Shown: piece by piece, positions 51,619 to 60,312 of the stretch
Numbering within the stretch: position 1 is the first letter of the stretch
How the letters are laid out: every line of letters starts with the position of its first letter
Origin: an uncultured Gemmatimonadales bacterium
Lineage (GTDB): Bacteria > Gemmatimonadota > Gemmatimonadetes > Longimicrobiales > RSA9
Length of the DNA: 64,000 nucleotides
Direction of reading: 5' to 3'
Assembly (NCBI GenBank): GCA_963708135.1
Contig: OY970192.1
Location: 3,488,001-3,552,000 of the forward strand
The notes under the pieces: generated by a model
Seen by the model: the letters and a program-made list of their open reading frames with translations, nothing else
What the model was told of the DNA's origin: nothing
Database searches by the model: none
Position numbers and translations under genes: made by a program

Positions 51619-51848
51619 GGGCGTGGGCGGTGCCGGCGCGGGATGCAAGGGGACCGCGTCGGCGCCGCCGCCGCGCAAGTTCGTCTCGCGCCACGTGCTT
51701 TCGGCGAAACGGGCGAGTGGCGTAGCGCCCCGTGATTCAGTATCATGAGCGGTTGTCGCGGAGACCTCCTGGGGAATTCCGCGATGGGTGGCTGGAGATC
51801 ACCGCGGGTGCGCCCGTGCCGGGAGCGAGGAAAGCGGAGACAGCGGGT

Positions 51849-52088
51849 ATGGTGAAGCAGGAAGGCATCGAGATGGAGGGCGTGGTCACGGAAGTGCTTC
51901 CGGACCGCAACTATCGAGTGAAGCTGGAGAACGGGCACACCGTCCTGGCGTACGCGGCCGGGAAGATGTCGAAGTTCAAGATCCGCGTGCTGGTGGGCGA
52001 TCGGGTATCGATCGTCGTCTCGCCGTACGACCTTTCGCGCGGACGGATTACGTACCGCCACAAGGTGGGGGGCGGTCCGCCCAGCTGA
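51849..52088 (+). CDS. infA: Translation initiation factor IF-1
   Basis: [43 protein letters not shown]. Confidence 0.95.
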   Translation: MVKQEGIEMEGVVTEVLPDRNYRVKLENGHTVLAYAAGKMSKFKIRVLVGDRVSIVVSPYDLSRGRITYRHKVGGGPPS

Positions 52089-52274
52089 CGCGGGGGTGCG
52101 GGCATAGAGGCGCCCGCGGCCCCCTGGCACGATCCATTCTCCGAACAACGCGCAGGACCTCCGCTGCACGCGGCGTGGCTGAACGCGTCGGGTGCGCGCG
52201 GGGTGGCGTCGCCCACTGACGACCGTTCTCTGCGCCGGGGCTCGCGACCTGCCGGTCCGGCAGCGACGAGCCCG

Positions 52275-53450
52275 ATGACCATGACCACATCGAATCGAGA
52301 AGAGCGCGTGACAAAAGCGTCGACGTTGGGCGTTCTGGAAGTGCTGGGCAGCGGCGCCGGGTTCGTGCGGCGGCGGGAGGCGAACTACGTGCCGAGCGAC
52401 GCCGACATCTACGTGGCGCAGAAGCTGGTGCAGCGCTTCAACCTGCGCACCGGGGACGAGATCGCGGGGGAGGTGGGGAAGTCGCCGGGGCGGGGGAAGA
52501 GCCCGCCGCTCACGCGGCTGGTGGCGGTGAACGACCAGCCGCCGGAGTCGGTGACGCGGCGGTCGGACTTCACGCGCCTGTCGGCGCTGCACCCGAACCG
52601 GCAGCTGGTCCTGGAGTGCGGGCTGACACGGCGCGGACAGCCGGACTACACGAACCGGATCATCGACCTGTTCTGCCCGTTCGGGAAGGGGCAGCGGGCG
52701 TTGATCGTGGCGCCGGCGAAGGCGGGGAAGACGATGGTGCTGCAGGCGGTGGCGGAGGGGATCGTGAAGAACGATCCGGACTCGACGCTCCTGATCCTGC
52801 TGGTGGACGAGCGGCCGGAGGAAGTGACGGAGATGGAGGGGTGCGGCTTCGGCGAGGTGATCGCGTCGAGCTTCGACCGGCCGCCGGAGCAGCACATCAC
52901 GGTGGCGGAGATCACGCTGGAGCGGGCGCGGCGGCGTGCGGAGCTGGGCGAGGATGTGGTGATCATCCTGGACTCGATCACGCGGCTGGCACGGGCCTAC
53001 AACTCGGTCGAGCAGGGGACGGGGCGGACGCTGTCGGGCGGGCTGGATGCGAACGCGTTGGAGAAGCCGAAGCGGTTCCTGGGCAGCGCGCGCAACATCG
53101 ACCCCGGGCAGGGCGGCGGGTCGCTGACGATCGTGGCCACGGCGCTGGTGGACACGGGCTCGCGGATGGACCAGGTGATCTTCGAGGAGTTCAAGGGGAC
53201 GGGGAACAGCGAGCTGCTGCTTTCGCGCGAGCTGGCGGACCGGCGCATCTTCCCGGCGATCGATCTCATGGGGAGTGCAACGCGTCGGGAGGAGCTGCTG
53301 CTGTCGGAGCAGGCGCTGCGGGCGGCCACGCTGCTGCGGCGCCAGATCGCGTCGGCGTCGCCGGCGGACGCCATGCAGCAGGTGCTGGCGCTCATGAAGC
53401 AGACGTCGAGCAACGAAGAGCTGACGCGGAAGATGCTCGCGCTGGACTGA
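52275..53450 (+). CDS. rho: Transcription termination factor Rho, short form (start 52275, 52281 or 52308)
   Basis: GKGQRALIVAPAKAGKT, DERPEEVT, DSITRLARAYN, EEFKGTGNSEL. Confidence 0.93.
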   Translation: MTMTTSNREERVTKASTLGVLEVLGSGAGFVRRREANYVPSDADIYVAQKLVQRFNLRTGDEIAGEVGKSPGRGKSPPLTRLVAVNDQPPESVTRRSDFTRLSALHPNRQLVLECGLTRRGQPDYTNRIIDLFCPFGKGQRALIVAPAKAGKTMVLQAVAEGIVKNDPDSTLLILLVDERPEEVTEMEGCGFGEVIASSFDRPPEQHITVAEITLERARRRAELGEDVVIILDSITRLARAYNSVEQGTGRTLSGGLDANALEKPKRFLGSARNIDPGQGGGSLTIVATALVDTGSRMDQVIFEEFKGTGNSELLLSRELADRRIFPAIDLMGSATRREELLLSEQALRAATLLRRQIASASPADAMQQVLALMKQTSSNEELTRKMLALD

Positions 53451-53483
53451 GCGGCGGGGGTCTTGGGCGGCGGGCTCGACGCG

Positions 53484-53518
53484 ACGCCGCCCGGCACGCG
53501 TTCGCGGCCGGGCGGCGT
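53484..53518. terminator. GC-rich hairpin downstream of rho
   Basis: ACGCCGCCCGGC-N11-GCCGGGCGGCGT. Confidence 0.55.
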
Positions 53519-53543
53519 TCGTCATCAGGGCGGCGGCCGGCGC

Positions 53544-53693
53544 TCAGAAGATGGCCCGGATCGCCCAGACGATGAGCATGATGATCGCGATGATCAGCAG
53601 CAGGTGGATCAGGGCGCTCGCGATGTGGAAGACGGCGAAGCCGAGCACCCACAGGATGAAGAGGATGATCGCGAGCCAGATCAGGACGCCCAT
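53544..53693 (-). CDS. lmo0937/DUF5670-family small membrane protein
   Basis: LWVLGF..FHIASALIHLLLIIAII; RBS GAGGAG. Confidence 0.85.
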   Translation of the reverse strand: MGVLIWLAIILFILWVLGFAVFHIASALIHLLLIIAIIMLIVWAIRAIF

Positions 53694-53738
53694 AGACGCT
53701 CCTCGTTGAGGTCGGGTACACCCCGCGGCGGGTGGTGG

Positions 53739-53754
53739 TTCAAGAACCGGGCCG
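53739..53754 (-). promoter_or_regulatory. Sigma54-like promoter of the lmo0937-family gene
   Basis: CGGCCCG-GTTC-TTGAA (GA at -12). Confidence 0.4.
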
Positions 53755-53822
53755 CCAGTGCGCTGTTGCGCAGCGGGGATTCGGCCGGGCGCGGGGCTTT
53801 CCGTGGTGCGGCGGGAGACGAA

Positions 53823-53853
53823 GCCGCCGCCCGGCACGAACCCGGGCGGCGGC
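53823..53853 (-). terminator. Hairpin downstream of the porin gene
   Basis: GCCGCCGCCCGG-N7-CCGGGCGGCGGC. Confidence 0.6.
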
Positions 53854-53879
53854 GCGCACACCGGCGGCGTGGCTGATGG

Positions 53880-54902
53880 CTAGAAGGTGAACTGCGTCTG
53901 GAAGAGCGCGGTGGAGCGCTGTGCGGCGGCGGAAGCGGACGGCGCCGCTCCCTGGTAGCTCATGTGATCGTAGTCGGCGAGCAGCACGACGTTGGTGCCG
54001 AGCTTGTAGGAGATGCCCCCGATGAAGTGGGTCTGGCGGTCGGTGTCGACACCGGTGTTCGGGTCCACGGAATCGACTCGTGCGATGAAGCCCACGTTCG
54101 ATCCGGGCACGTTCAGCACGCCGAAGATGCTGAAGAGCTGACCGCTCACGTCGGCGATCGTCGGATCGGCGACGCCATCGGTGCGGCGCGCATAGTCGCC
54201 CGCGAGCGTGAGCAGCTTGGACTTGTACGAGAGCTCGCCGAGGAAGCGGTTGCGCGCGCCGCCACCGGTGCGGGCGCCCAGGTGGGCGAAGCCGGTGACG
54301 CGCAGGCCGCCGCGGCTGCCGCCGTCATCGGTCGGGACGAGGCGGACCGAGAGGCGGGCGGCCACGTCCTTGTGGCTGTCCCCCTCCCCCGAGTGATATC
54401 CCTCACCGTTGGTGATAGAGAGTTCGCCATTGACCTGCTCCTTGTTCCAGGAACCGTCGATGGCGGCGCCGAGGTCTGAGGAGGTCAGGTAGCCGAACTT
54501 GTCCACGGCCACGGGCCCCTGCATGCGGTAACCCCAGAGCCCCTCCTGCCAGTCGATGAAGGGGGTGGTGAGCTGGCCGAAGCGGAAGTCGACGGGGCTG
54601 TTCTCCGGCTTCCAGGCGAACCAGGCGTACTTGAGGCGGAAGTTCAGCGAGCCGTTGGCGTCGCGGTAGATGTCGGGGGTGACGCGCGTGGTGATCCCGT
54701 GGTCGAACTTGCCGATCACGTTGATGTAGGCGCGGGTCACGTCGAAGCCGTTGTCGTTGTGCGAGGAGTCCGCGAGCTGCAGAGCATACTGGGCGAAGGA
54801 AACGCCGCCCACCGTGACCTGCTGCGCCCGCAGCCCCGTGGCGGCGACCGCCGAGAGGGTGAGGGCCGCACCGACCGTCAACAGCCGCCGTGCCGTGTTC
54901 AT
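53880..54902 (-). CDS. Outer-membrane beta-barrel porin (probably phosphate-related)
   Basis: Signal peptide, FDVTRAY.., amphipathic strands, C-terminal QFTF; downstream of pstS. Confidence 0.75.
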   Translation of the reverse strand: MNTARRLLTVGAALTLSAVAATGLRAQQVTVGGVSFAQYALQLADSSHNDNGFDVTRAYINVIGKFDHGITTRVTPDIYRDANGSLNFRLKYAWFAWKPENSPVDFRFGQLTTPFIDWQEGLWGYRMQGPVAVDKFGYLTSSDLGAAIDGSWNKEQVNGELSITNGEGYHSGEGDSHKDVAARLSVRLVPTDDGGSRGGLRVTGFAHLGARTGGGARNRFLGELSYKSKLLTLAGDYARRTDGVADPTIADVSGQLFSIFGVLNVPGSNVGFIARVDSVDPNTGVDTDRQTHFIGGISYKLGTNVVLLADYDHMSYQGAAPSASAAAQRSTALFQTQFTF

Positions 54903-54977
54903 TGCGGGTACGTCCTTTGTTGAAAGGGGTCGCGAGGACTCAGTCGTGCCATACGGCGGGAGATTTAAGCGGTGCGC

Positions 54978-55016
54978 GTCACGGGCCGATGGGTGGTTTC
55001 GTAACGGCGGGGTAAA
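54978..55016 (-). promoter_or_regulatory. Pho-box-like repeats upstream of the porin
   Basis: GTAAC (55001) and GTAAA (55012) 11 bp apart, plus GTCAC (54978). Confidence 0.45.
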
Positions 55017-55166
55017 GGGCTCGGTCGAAGCGGCTCGCTGATCCGGCGGTTCCCTGGACCGTCACGAGACATGGGATGGCCCCGGGCGGCGTTGCCGTCC
55101 GGGGCCATCCGCTGCGCCCGCGCCGCGCAGGACGCGGCCCGGCGCGAGCGCGCTCGGCGCGGGCGG

Positions 55167-56270
55167 CTAGCGGGCGGCGGACGCGATCTGGACCTTCTGG
55201 TTGAGCTGGGCGAGCTCCATCTTAACCATGTTGTCGGGCAGCGGCGCGTAGTCGAGGGAGGGCGAGGTCTTCTGGCCCTCGGTGAGGATCCACCGGGTGA
55301 GGTCCTGGAGGTTCTTGGCCTTGGCCTGGTCCTTCTGGTTCGTGTACAGGATGATCCAGGAGAAGGAGGCGATCGGATAGGCATCGCGGCCGGGCGCGTT
55401 CACGATCGAGATGCGGAAATCCGTGGTGGGCGGCAGCGTCCCGGCGACGCCGGCGGCGGCCGCGGTCGTCCCCTCCTCGGTGGGCGGCAGGAAGACGCCC
55501 GAGGAGTTCTGGAGCAGCGAGACGGGCAGGTCGTTCTGCTTGGCGTACGCGAGCTCGACGTAGCCAATGGCACCGGGCGTCTGCTTGACCTGTCCCGTCA
55601 CGCCCTCGTTGCCCTTGCCGCCGAGGCCGACCGGCCACTGGACATCCTTGCCCGTCCCCGGACCGCTCTTCCATGCCGGGCTGACGTGGGAAAGGTAGTC
55701 GGTGACAATGTAGGTGGTACCGCTGCCATCGGAACGGTGCACGACGAGGATGTCGGTGGCGGGCAGCTTGACGCCCGGGTTGAGCCTCGTGAGCTGCGGG
55801 TCGTTCCACTTGGTGATCCTGCCCAGGTAGATGTCGGCGAGGACGGGCCCGGTGAGGCGAACCTGCTTCTGCACATCGGGCAGGTTGTACGTGATCGCGA
55901 CGGCGCCGATCACGACGGGGAGCTGGAGCACCGGACCCTGCGCCTTCGCGATCTCGGCATCGCTCATCGGGGCATCGGAGGCGGCGAAGTCCACGGTTCC
56001 CTCGCTCAGCTGGCGGATCCCACCGCCGGAACCGATCGACTGGTAGTTGACCTTCACGCCCGTCTGCTGCGCATAGTCGTAGAACCACTTCTGGAAGGCG
56101 GGCTTGTCGAAGCTCGAGCCCGCGCCGGTGAGGGCCGCGCCCCCTCCCGCGCCCCCCCCCGTCTCGGCCGCCTGGGGCGTGCCCGCCGCCGGCTGCTGCG
56201 TACCGTTGTCACCTCCGCCGCAGCCCGCGGCCAGCGCGGCCGCGGCCGCGAGCCAGATCACCCGTTTCAT
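55167..56270 (-). CDS. pstS: Phosphate ABC transporter substrate-binding lipoprotein
   Basis: [29 protein letters not shown]. Confidence 0.96.
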   Translation of the reverse strand: MKRVIWLAAAAALAAGCGGGDNGTQQPAAGTPQAAETGGGAGGGAALTGAGSSFDKPAFQKWFYDYAQQTGVKVNYQSIGSGGGIRQLSEGTVDFAASDAPMSDAEIAKAQGPVLQLPVVIGAVAITYNLPDVQKQVRLTGPVLADIYLGRITKWNDPQLTRLNPGVKLPATDILVVHRSDGSGTTYIVTDYLSHVSPAWKSGPGTGKDVQWPVGLGGKGNEGVTGQVKQTPGAIGYVELAYAKQNDLPVSLLQNSSGVFLPPTEEGTTAAAAGVAGTLPPTTDFRISIVNAPGRDAYPIASFSWIILYTNQKDQAKAKNLQDLTRWILTEGQKTSPSLDYAPLPDNMVKMELAQLNQKVQIASAAR

Positions 56271-56416
56271 GTGTGCTCCTCCTCCATCGGTGGATTGGGC
56301 GCCCCCGCTGTCGGCCTGCGAGAGTCGCGCCAGCGCCGGGTCGCGTACCGCCGCCGCCCCGGGCGAGCGGCGCGGGAAGGGCGCCGCCGCATTGTCATGC
56401 AGAGTATTGGGGGGGT

Positions 56417-56454
56417 GTAACGCGGTCCGGGGTGCGCCGTAACGATCGGGTCAC
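56417..56454 (-). promoter_or_regulatory. Pho-box-like repeats upstream of pstS
   Basis: GTAAC 56417, GTAAC 56439, GTCAC 56450 (22 and 11 bp spacing). Confidence 0.55.
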
Positions 56455-56517
56455 GGGGAGGCGCAGACGCAGGCGATAGGCGCAGACGGGGCCGGCGGGG
56501 CGCGGAGGTGCCGGGGC

Positions 56518-57330
56518 TCAGCCGAAGCGGCCGGTGATGTAGGCTTCGGTGCGGGGATCGCGGGGCCGGGTGAAGAGCTCGTCGGTGGGGGAGAGCTCGA
56601 CGAGCTCGCCGGTGAGGAAGAAGGCGGTGCGGTCGGAGACGCGGGCGGCCTGCTGCATGTTGTGCGTCACGAGGACGACGGTGATGTCTTCACGGAGCTG
56701 GTGGACGAGCTCCTCGACCTTCTCGGTGCTGATCGGATCCAGCGAGGCGGTAGGCTCGTCGAGCAGCAGCACCTGTGGGTCGATCGCAAGCGCTCGTGCG
56801 ATGCAGAGGCGCTGCTGCTGGCCACCGGAGAGCCCGAGAGCGCTCTCGTCGAGACGGTCCCTGACCTCGTCCCAGAGTGCCGCGCGGCGAAGCGCCTCCT
56901 CGACGCGGGCTTCGGGGTCGGCGGGCACGGCATCGCCCTGGAGGACGCGCAGCCCGGCGGCCACGTTGCCGCGGACCGACATGGTGGGAAACGCCGTCGG
57001 CCGCTGGAAGACCATGCCGATGTGGCGGCGCACGGCGACCGGGTCCACGCCGGGATCATAGATGTCGCTTCCGTCGAGAAGAACCTTGCCCTCGACCCGT
57101 GCGGTGGGGACGGTCTCGTGAAGGCGGTTGAGGCAGCGGAGGAACGTCGACTTGCCGCAGCCGGAGGGGCCGATCACGGCGGTGACGTGCTGCTCGGGGA
57201 GCCGCATCGAGACGTCCTTCACCGCGTGCACGCGGCCGAAGTAGGCGTTCAGCCCCTGGACCTCGAGGTGGGCCGCGGGCTCCGGGCCCCCGGAGCCGGC
57301 GCGCGGCGGCGTCGCCTCAGTCCACGCCAC
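56518..57330 (-). CDS. pstB: Phosphate ABC transporter ATPase
   Basis: [42 protein letters not shown]. Confidence 0.96.
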   Translation of the reverse strand: MAWTEATPPRAGSGGPEPAAHLEVQGLNAYFGRVHAVKDVSMRLPEQHVTAVIGPSGCGKSTFLRCLNRLHETVPTARVEGKVLLDGSDIYDPGVDPVAVRRHIGMVFQRPTAFPTMSVRGNVAAGLRVLQGDAVPADPEARVEEALRRAALWDEVRDRLDESALGLSGGQQQRLCIARALAIDPQVLLLDEPTASLDPISTEKVEELVHQLREDITVVLVTHNMQQAARVSDRTAFFLTGELVELSPTDELFTRPRDPRTEAYITGRFG

Positions 57331-58171
57331 GGGCGAATCCGCTGCGGGTGACGGCACGGGCGATGATGCTGATGGCGAGCACGAGGGCGATGAGCACGAG
57401 GGAGCCGGCCCAGGCCTGGGCGTGCCATTCGTCGTAGGGGCTGATGGCGTAGTCGAAGATCTGGAGCGGCAGGGCGGCGGTCGGCTGGTTGAGCGACAGC
57501 GACCAGAACTGGTTGCCGAACGTGGTGAAGAGGAGCGGGGCGGTCTCACCGGCGATGCGCGCCACGGCCACGAGGGTGCCGGTGATGATTCCGGCCATGG
57601 CGGTCGGCAGCACGACGCGGAGCGAGGTGCGCCAGCGCGTGTAGCCGAGGGCGAGGGCGGCCTCGTGCAGGGTGTTGGGAACGAGGCGCACCATCTCCTC
57701 GGTGGTGCGCGTGACCATCGGGATCATCATGGCGCCGAGGGCGAACCCGCCCGCCAGCGCCGAGAAGTGGCCCATCGGCACGACGAGCAGCTCCCAGGCG
57801 AAGATGCCCATGACGATCGAGGGCAGCCCGTTCAGCACGTCGGCTAGGAAGCGGACGACCACGGCGAGCGGCGTAGCCTTCTTCTCGGCCAGGTACATGC
57901 CGGCGCCGATGCCGACGGGCACGCCCACGGCGCTGGCCACGGCCACGATGATCACCGTCCCGACGATGGCGTTGGCCATGCCGCCGCCCGGGACGCCCAC
58001 GGGATGGGGCGGGTGGATGAAGAAGCTCAGGTCGATGGCGCCGATCCCCTTCTCGAGCAGGTAGAAGAGGATGAAGAGCAGCGGCAGCGTGGTGATGCCG
58101 GCCGCCACCCAGGTGAGGCCGATCATGAAGGCGCTGCGCGCCCGGCGCGCCCGCGAGGTCCGGAGCCTCAC
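57317..58171 (-). CDS. pstA: Phosphate ABC transporter permease
   Basis: [26 protein letters not shown]. Confidence 0.95.
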   Translation of the reverse strand: MRLRTSRARRARSAFMIGLTWVAAGITTLPLLFILFYLLEKGIGAIDLSFFIHPPHPVGVPGGGMANAIVGTVIIVAVASAVGVPVGIGAGMYLAEKKATPLAVVVRFLADVLNGLPSIVMGIFAWELLVVPMGHFSALAGGFALGAMMIPMVTRTTEEMVRLVPNTLHEAALALGYTRWRTSLRVVLPTAMAGIITGTLVAVARIAGETAPLLFTTFGNQFWSLSLNQPTAALPLQIFDYAISPYDEWHAQAWAGSLVLIALVLAISIIARAVTRSGFARGVD

Positions 58172-59169
58172 GCGGTTCCCGTGCGGGAGGTGCGCCAGAC
58201 GAGCCAGCGCGCGAAGCCGTTCACGATCAGCGTGATGACGAAGAGCACGAAGCCCACGGCCATCAGCGCCGAGAGCTGGAGGTTCCCCGTGGCCTCGCTG
58301 AACTGGTTGGCGATCAGCGAGGCCATGGTATAGCCGGGGGCGAAGAGGGACGCGGCGATCTCCTGCCGGTTCCCGATCACCATGGTCACGGCCATGGTCT
58401 CGCCCAGTGCGCGGCCGAGCCCGAGGATCACACCGCCGGCGATCCCGGAGCGCGCGAAGGGGAGCACGGCCCCGCGGATCATCTCCCAGCGCGTCGCGCC
58501 CAGCGCGAGCGCCGCCTCCCGCTGCGAGCGCGGCACGGCCATGAGCACCTCGCGCGAGACCGCCGAGATGTAGGGCAGGATCATGATGGCCAGGATCACC
58601 CCCGCCGCGAGCATGCTGGGGCCGTAGGCCGGGCCGCTGAAGAACGGGGTCGCGCCCAGGTGCAGCGTGTCGCGCAGGAACGGCATCACGTCTGCGCGGA
58701 GGAACGGGACCAGCACGAAGATCCCCCACAGCCCGTAGACGACGCTCGGAATCGCCGCGAGCAGATCCACCAGGAACGCCACCGGCCGCTGCAGCCATGC
58801 CGGCGCGAACTCGGACAGGAAGATCGCGACGCCCAGCGCGAGCGGCGTGGCGAACGCAAGCGCCAGGAACGAGGAGACAAGGGTGCCGTAGATCGCGGGG
58901 GCGGCGCCGTACTGGTTGGCGTTCGGGTCCCACGCGCTGGAGGCGAGGAAGGAGAGCCCGAAGGTGCGCAGCGCGAGCAGCGCGGCCGCGAACACGACGC
59001 CCGCGATAACCAGCAGCAGCACGGGCACGCAGAGCGCGAAGCCCGTGATGGCCGCGGCATAGATGCGGTCCCCTACGCCACCGCCGTGGATGTGCGCGCG
59101 GCCGCGTCCTCCGCGCCCGGGCGGCGCGGCCGCCCCGGCGAACGTTCCGTACCCCTCTGCCTCAGGCAT
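58168..59169 (-). CDS. pstC: Phosphate ABC transporter permease
   Basis: AIPSVVYGLWG, REAALALGATRWE, GRALGETMAV. Confidence 0.95.
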   Translation of the reverse strand: MPEAEGYGTFAGAAAPPGRGGRGRAHIHGGGVGDRIYAAAITGFALCVPVLLLVIAGVVFAAALLALRTFGLSFLASSAWDPNANQYGAAPAIYGTLVSSFLALAFATPLALGVAIFLSEFAPAWLQRPVAFLVDLLAAIPSVVYGLWGIFVLVPFLRADVMPFLRDTLHLGATPFFSGPAYGPSMLAAGVILAIMILPYISAVSREVLMAVPRSQREAALALGATRWEMIRGAVLPFARSGIAGGVILGLGRALGETMAVTMVIGNRQEIAASLFAPGYTMASLIANQFSEATGNLQLSALMAVGFVLFVITLIVNGFARWLVWRTSRTGTA

Positions 59170-59192
59170 CGGGTGGTAATCTGCGGTGGCAT

Positions 59193-59230
59193 GTAGCGGT
59201 TCGGTCAGCGGCGTGTAACGGAAAGGTATC
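59193..59230 (-). promoter_or_regulatory. Pho-box-like 11-bp periodic repeats upstream of pstC
   Basis: GTAGC 59193, GTCAG 59204, GTAAC 59215, GTATC 59226. Confidence 0.6.
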
Positions 59231-59322
59231 GAAGCGCCGGCTCGCGGAAGGGCGCGGCGCGGGCGCGGCGCGCGGCGCGCTCGTCCGGTCTCGCCGCGGG
59301 CTGGTCCGCGGGTGCCGGCGGC

Positions 59323-59338
59323 GGGCACCCCCCATGCT
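59323..59338 (+). promoter_or_regulatory. Putative sigma54 promoter of the esterase pseudogene
   Basis: GGGCACC-CCCC-ATGCT. Confidence 0.4.
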
Positions 59339-59393
59339 CCAGGTCCTTTGAGGATAGCGTGATGCCACCGCACGTACCGGGGGGGAGGGAATC

Positions 59394-60260
59394 ATGCCGC
59401 AGGCCGCCTCCATGACCGTGGACGAGCTGCTGGCGGATGCCGCTCGGCGGCTCGGCGGCGGACTACGATCCGCTGCTCGAGGACATCGGCGATGCGCGCG
59501 TGGTGTGTCTCGGCGAGGCGACTCACGGGACCCACGAGTTCTACCGGGAGCGGGCGGCGCTGACCCGCCGGCTGATCGAGGAGCGTGGCTTCACGGTGGT
59601 GGCGGTGGAGGCGGACTGGCCGGACGCCTACGCGGTGAACCGGTGGGTCCGGGGCGAGAGCGACGCGAGGGATGCGGATGCGGCGCTCGGCGGCTTCAAG
59701 CGGTTTCCCACGTGGATGTGGCGGAACCGCGACGTGCTGTCGTTCGTGGAGTGGCAGCGCGCGTACAACCGGGCGCTTCCGGCCGGCGCGCGGCGGGTGG
59801 GCTTCTACGGTCTGGACCTCTACTCGCTGTTCACCTCGATCCGCGCGGTGCTGGAGTACCTGGACGAGACGGACCCGGAGGCGGCAGTCCGTGCTCGCTA
59901 CCGCTATGGCTGCTTCGACCATGCGGCGGAGGACGCGCAGGCGTACGGCTACGCGGCGGAGCTGGGGCTCTCGCCGTCGTGCGAGCGGGAGGCCGTGCAG
60001 CAGCTGGTGGAGCTCCGGCGTCGCGCCGCGAAGGCCGCCGGGACGCGGCGGAGGCGCTGGGCGACGCGCTGCTGGAGCGCGCGATCGGCGTGATCTACCT
60101 GCCGCGGACCGAGCGCGTCAGCCACTACTTCCGCGCCCGGCTGGGGGAGCAGTTCGATGGGCTCGTCCACTTCGACGAGACGCGCGCGGTCGAGCCCCTC
60201 GAGCGCAACCCCGAGTGGACCTCGCCCGAGCCGCCGGAGACGTTCCCCACGGGCATCTGA
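59394..60260 (+). pseudogene. Erythromycin-esterase-family pseudogene (frameshifts plus internal deletion)
   Basis: [25 protein letters not shown] lie in one frame; the start and the C-terminal [22 protein letters not shown] lie in another; the middle of the protein is missing. Confidence 0.85.
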
Positions 60261-60312
60261 GCGCCGCTCCCGCGGAGCCTTCCCGGGGCACACCCCGGAC
60301 GCCGGCCGCCGG

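Noticed and set aside
59394..60260. Functional macrolide resistance gene or programmed frameshift
   Set aside because: Two frame switches plus loss of the central region; no slippery heptamer seen
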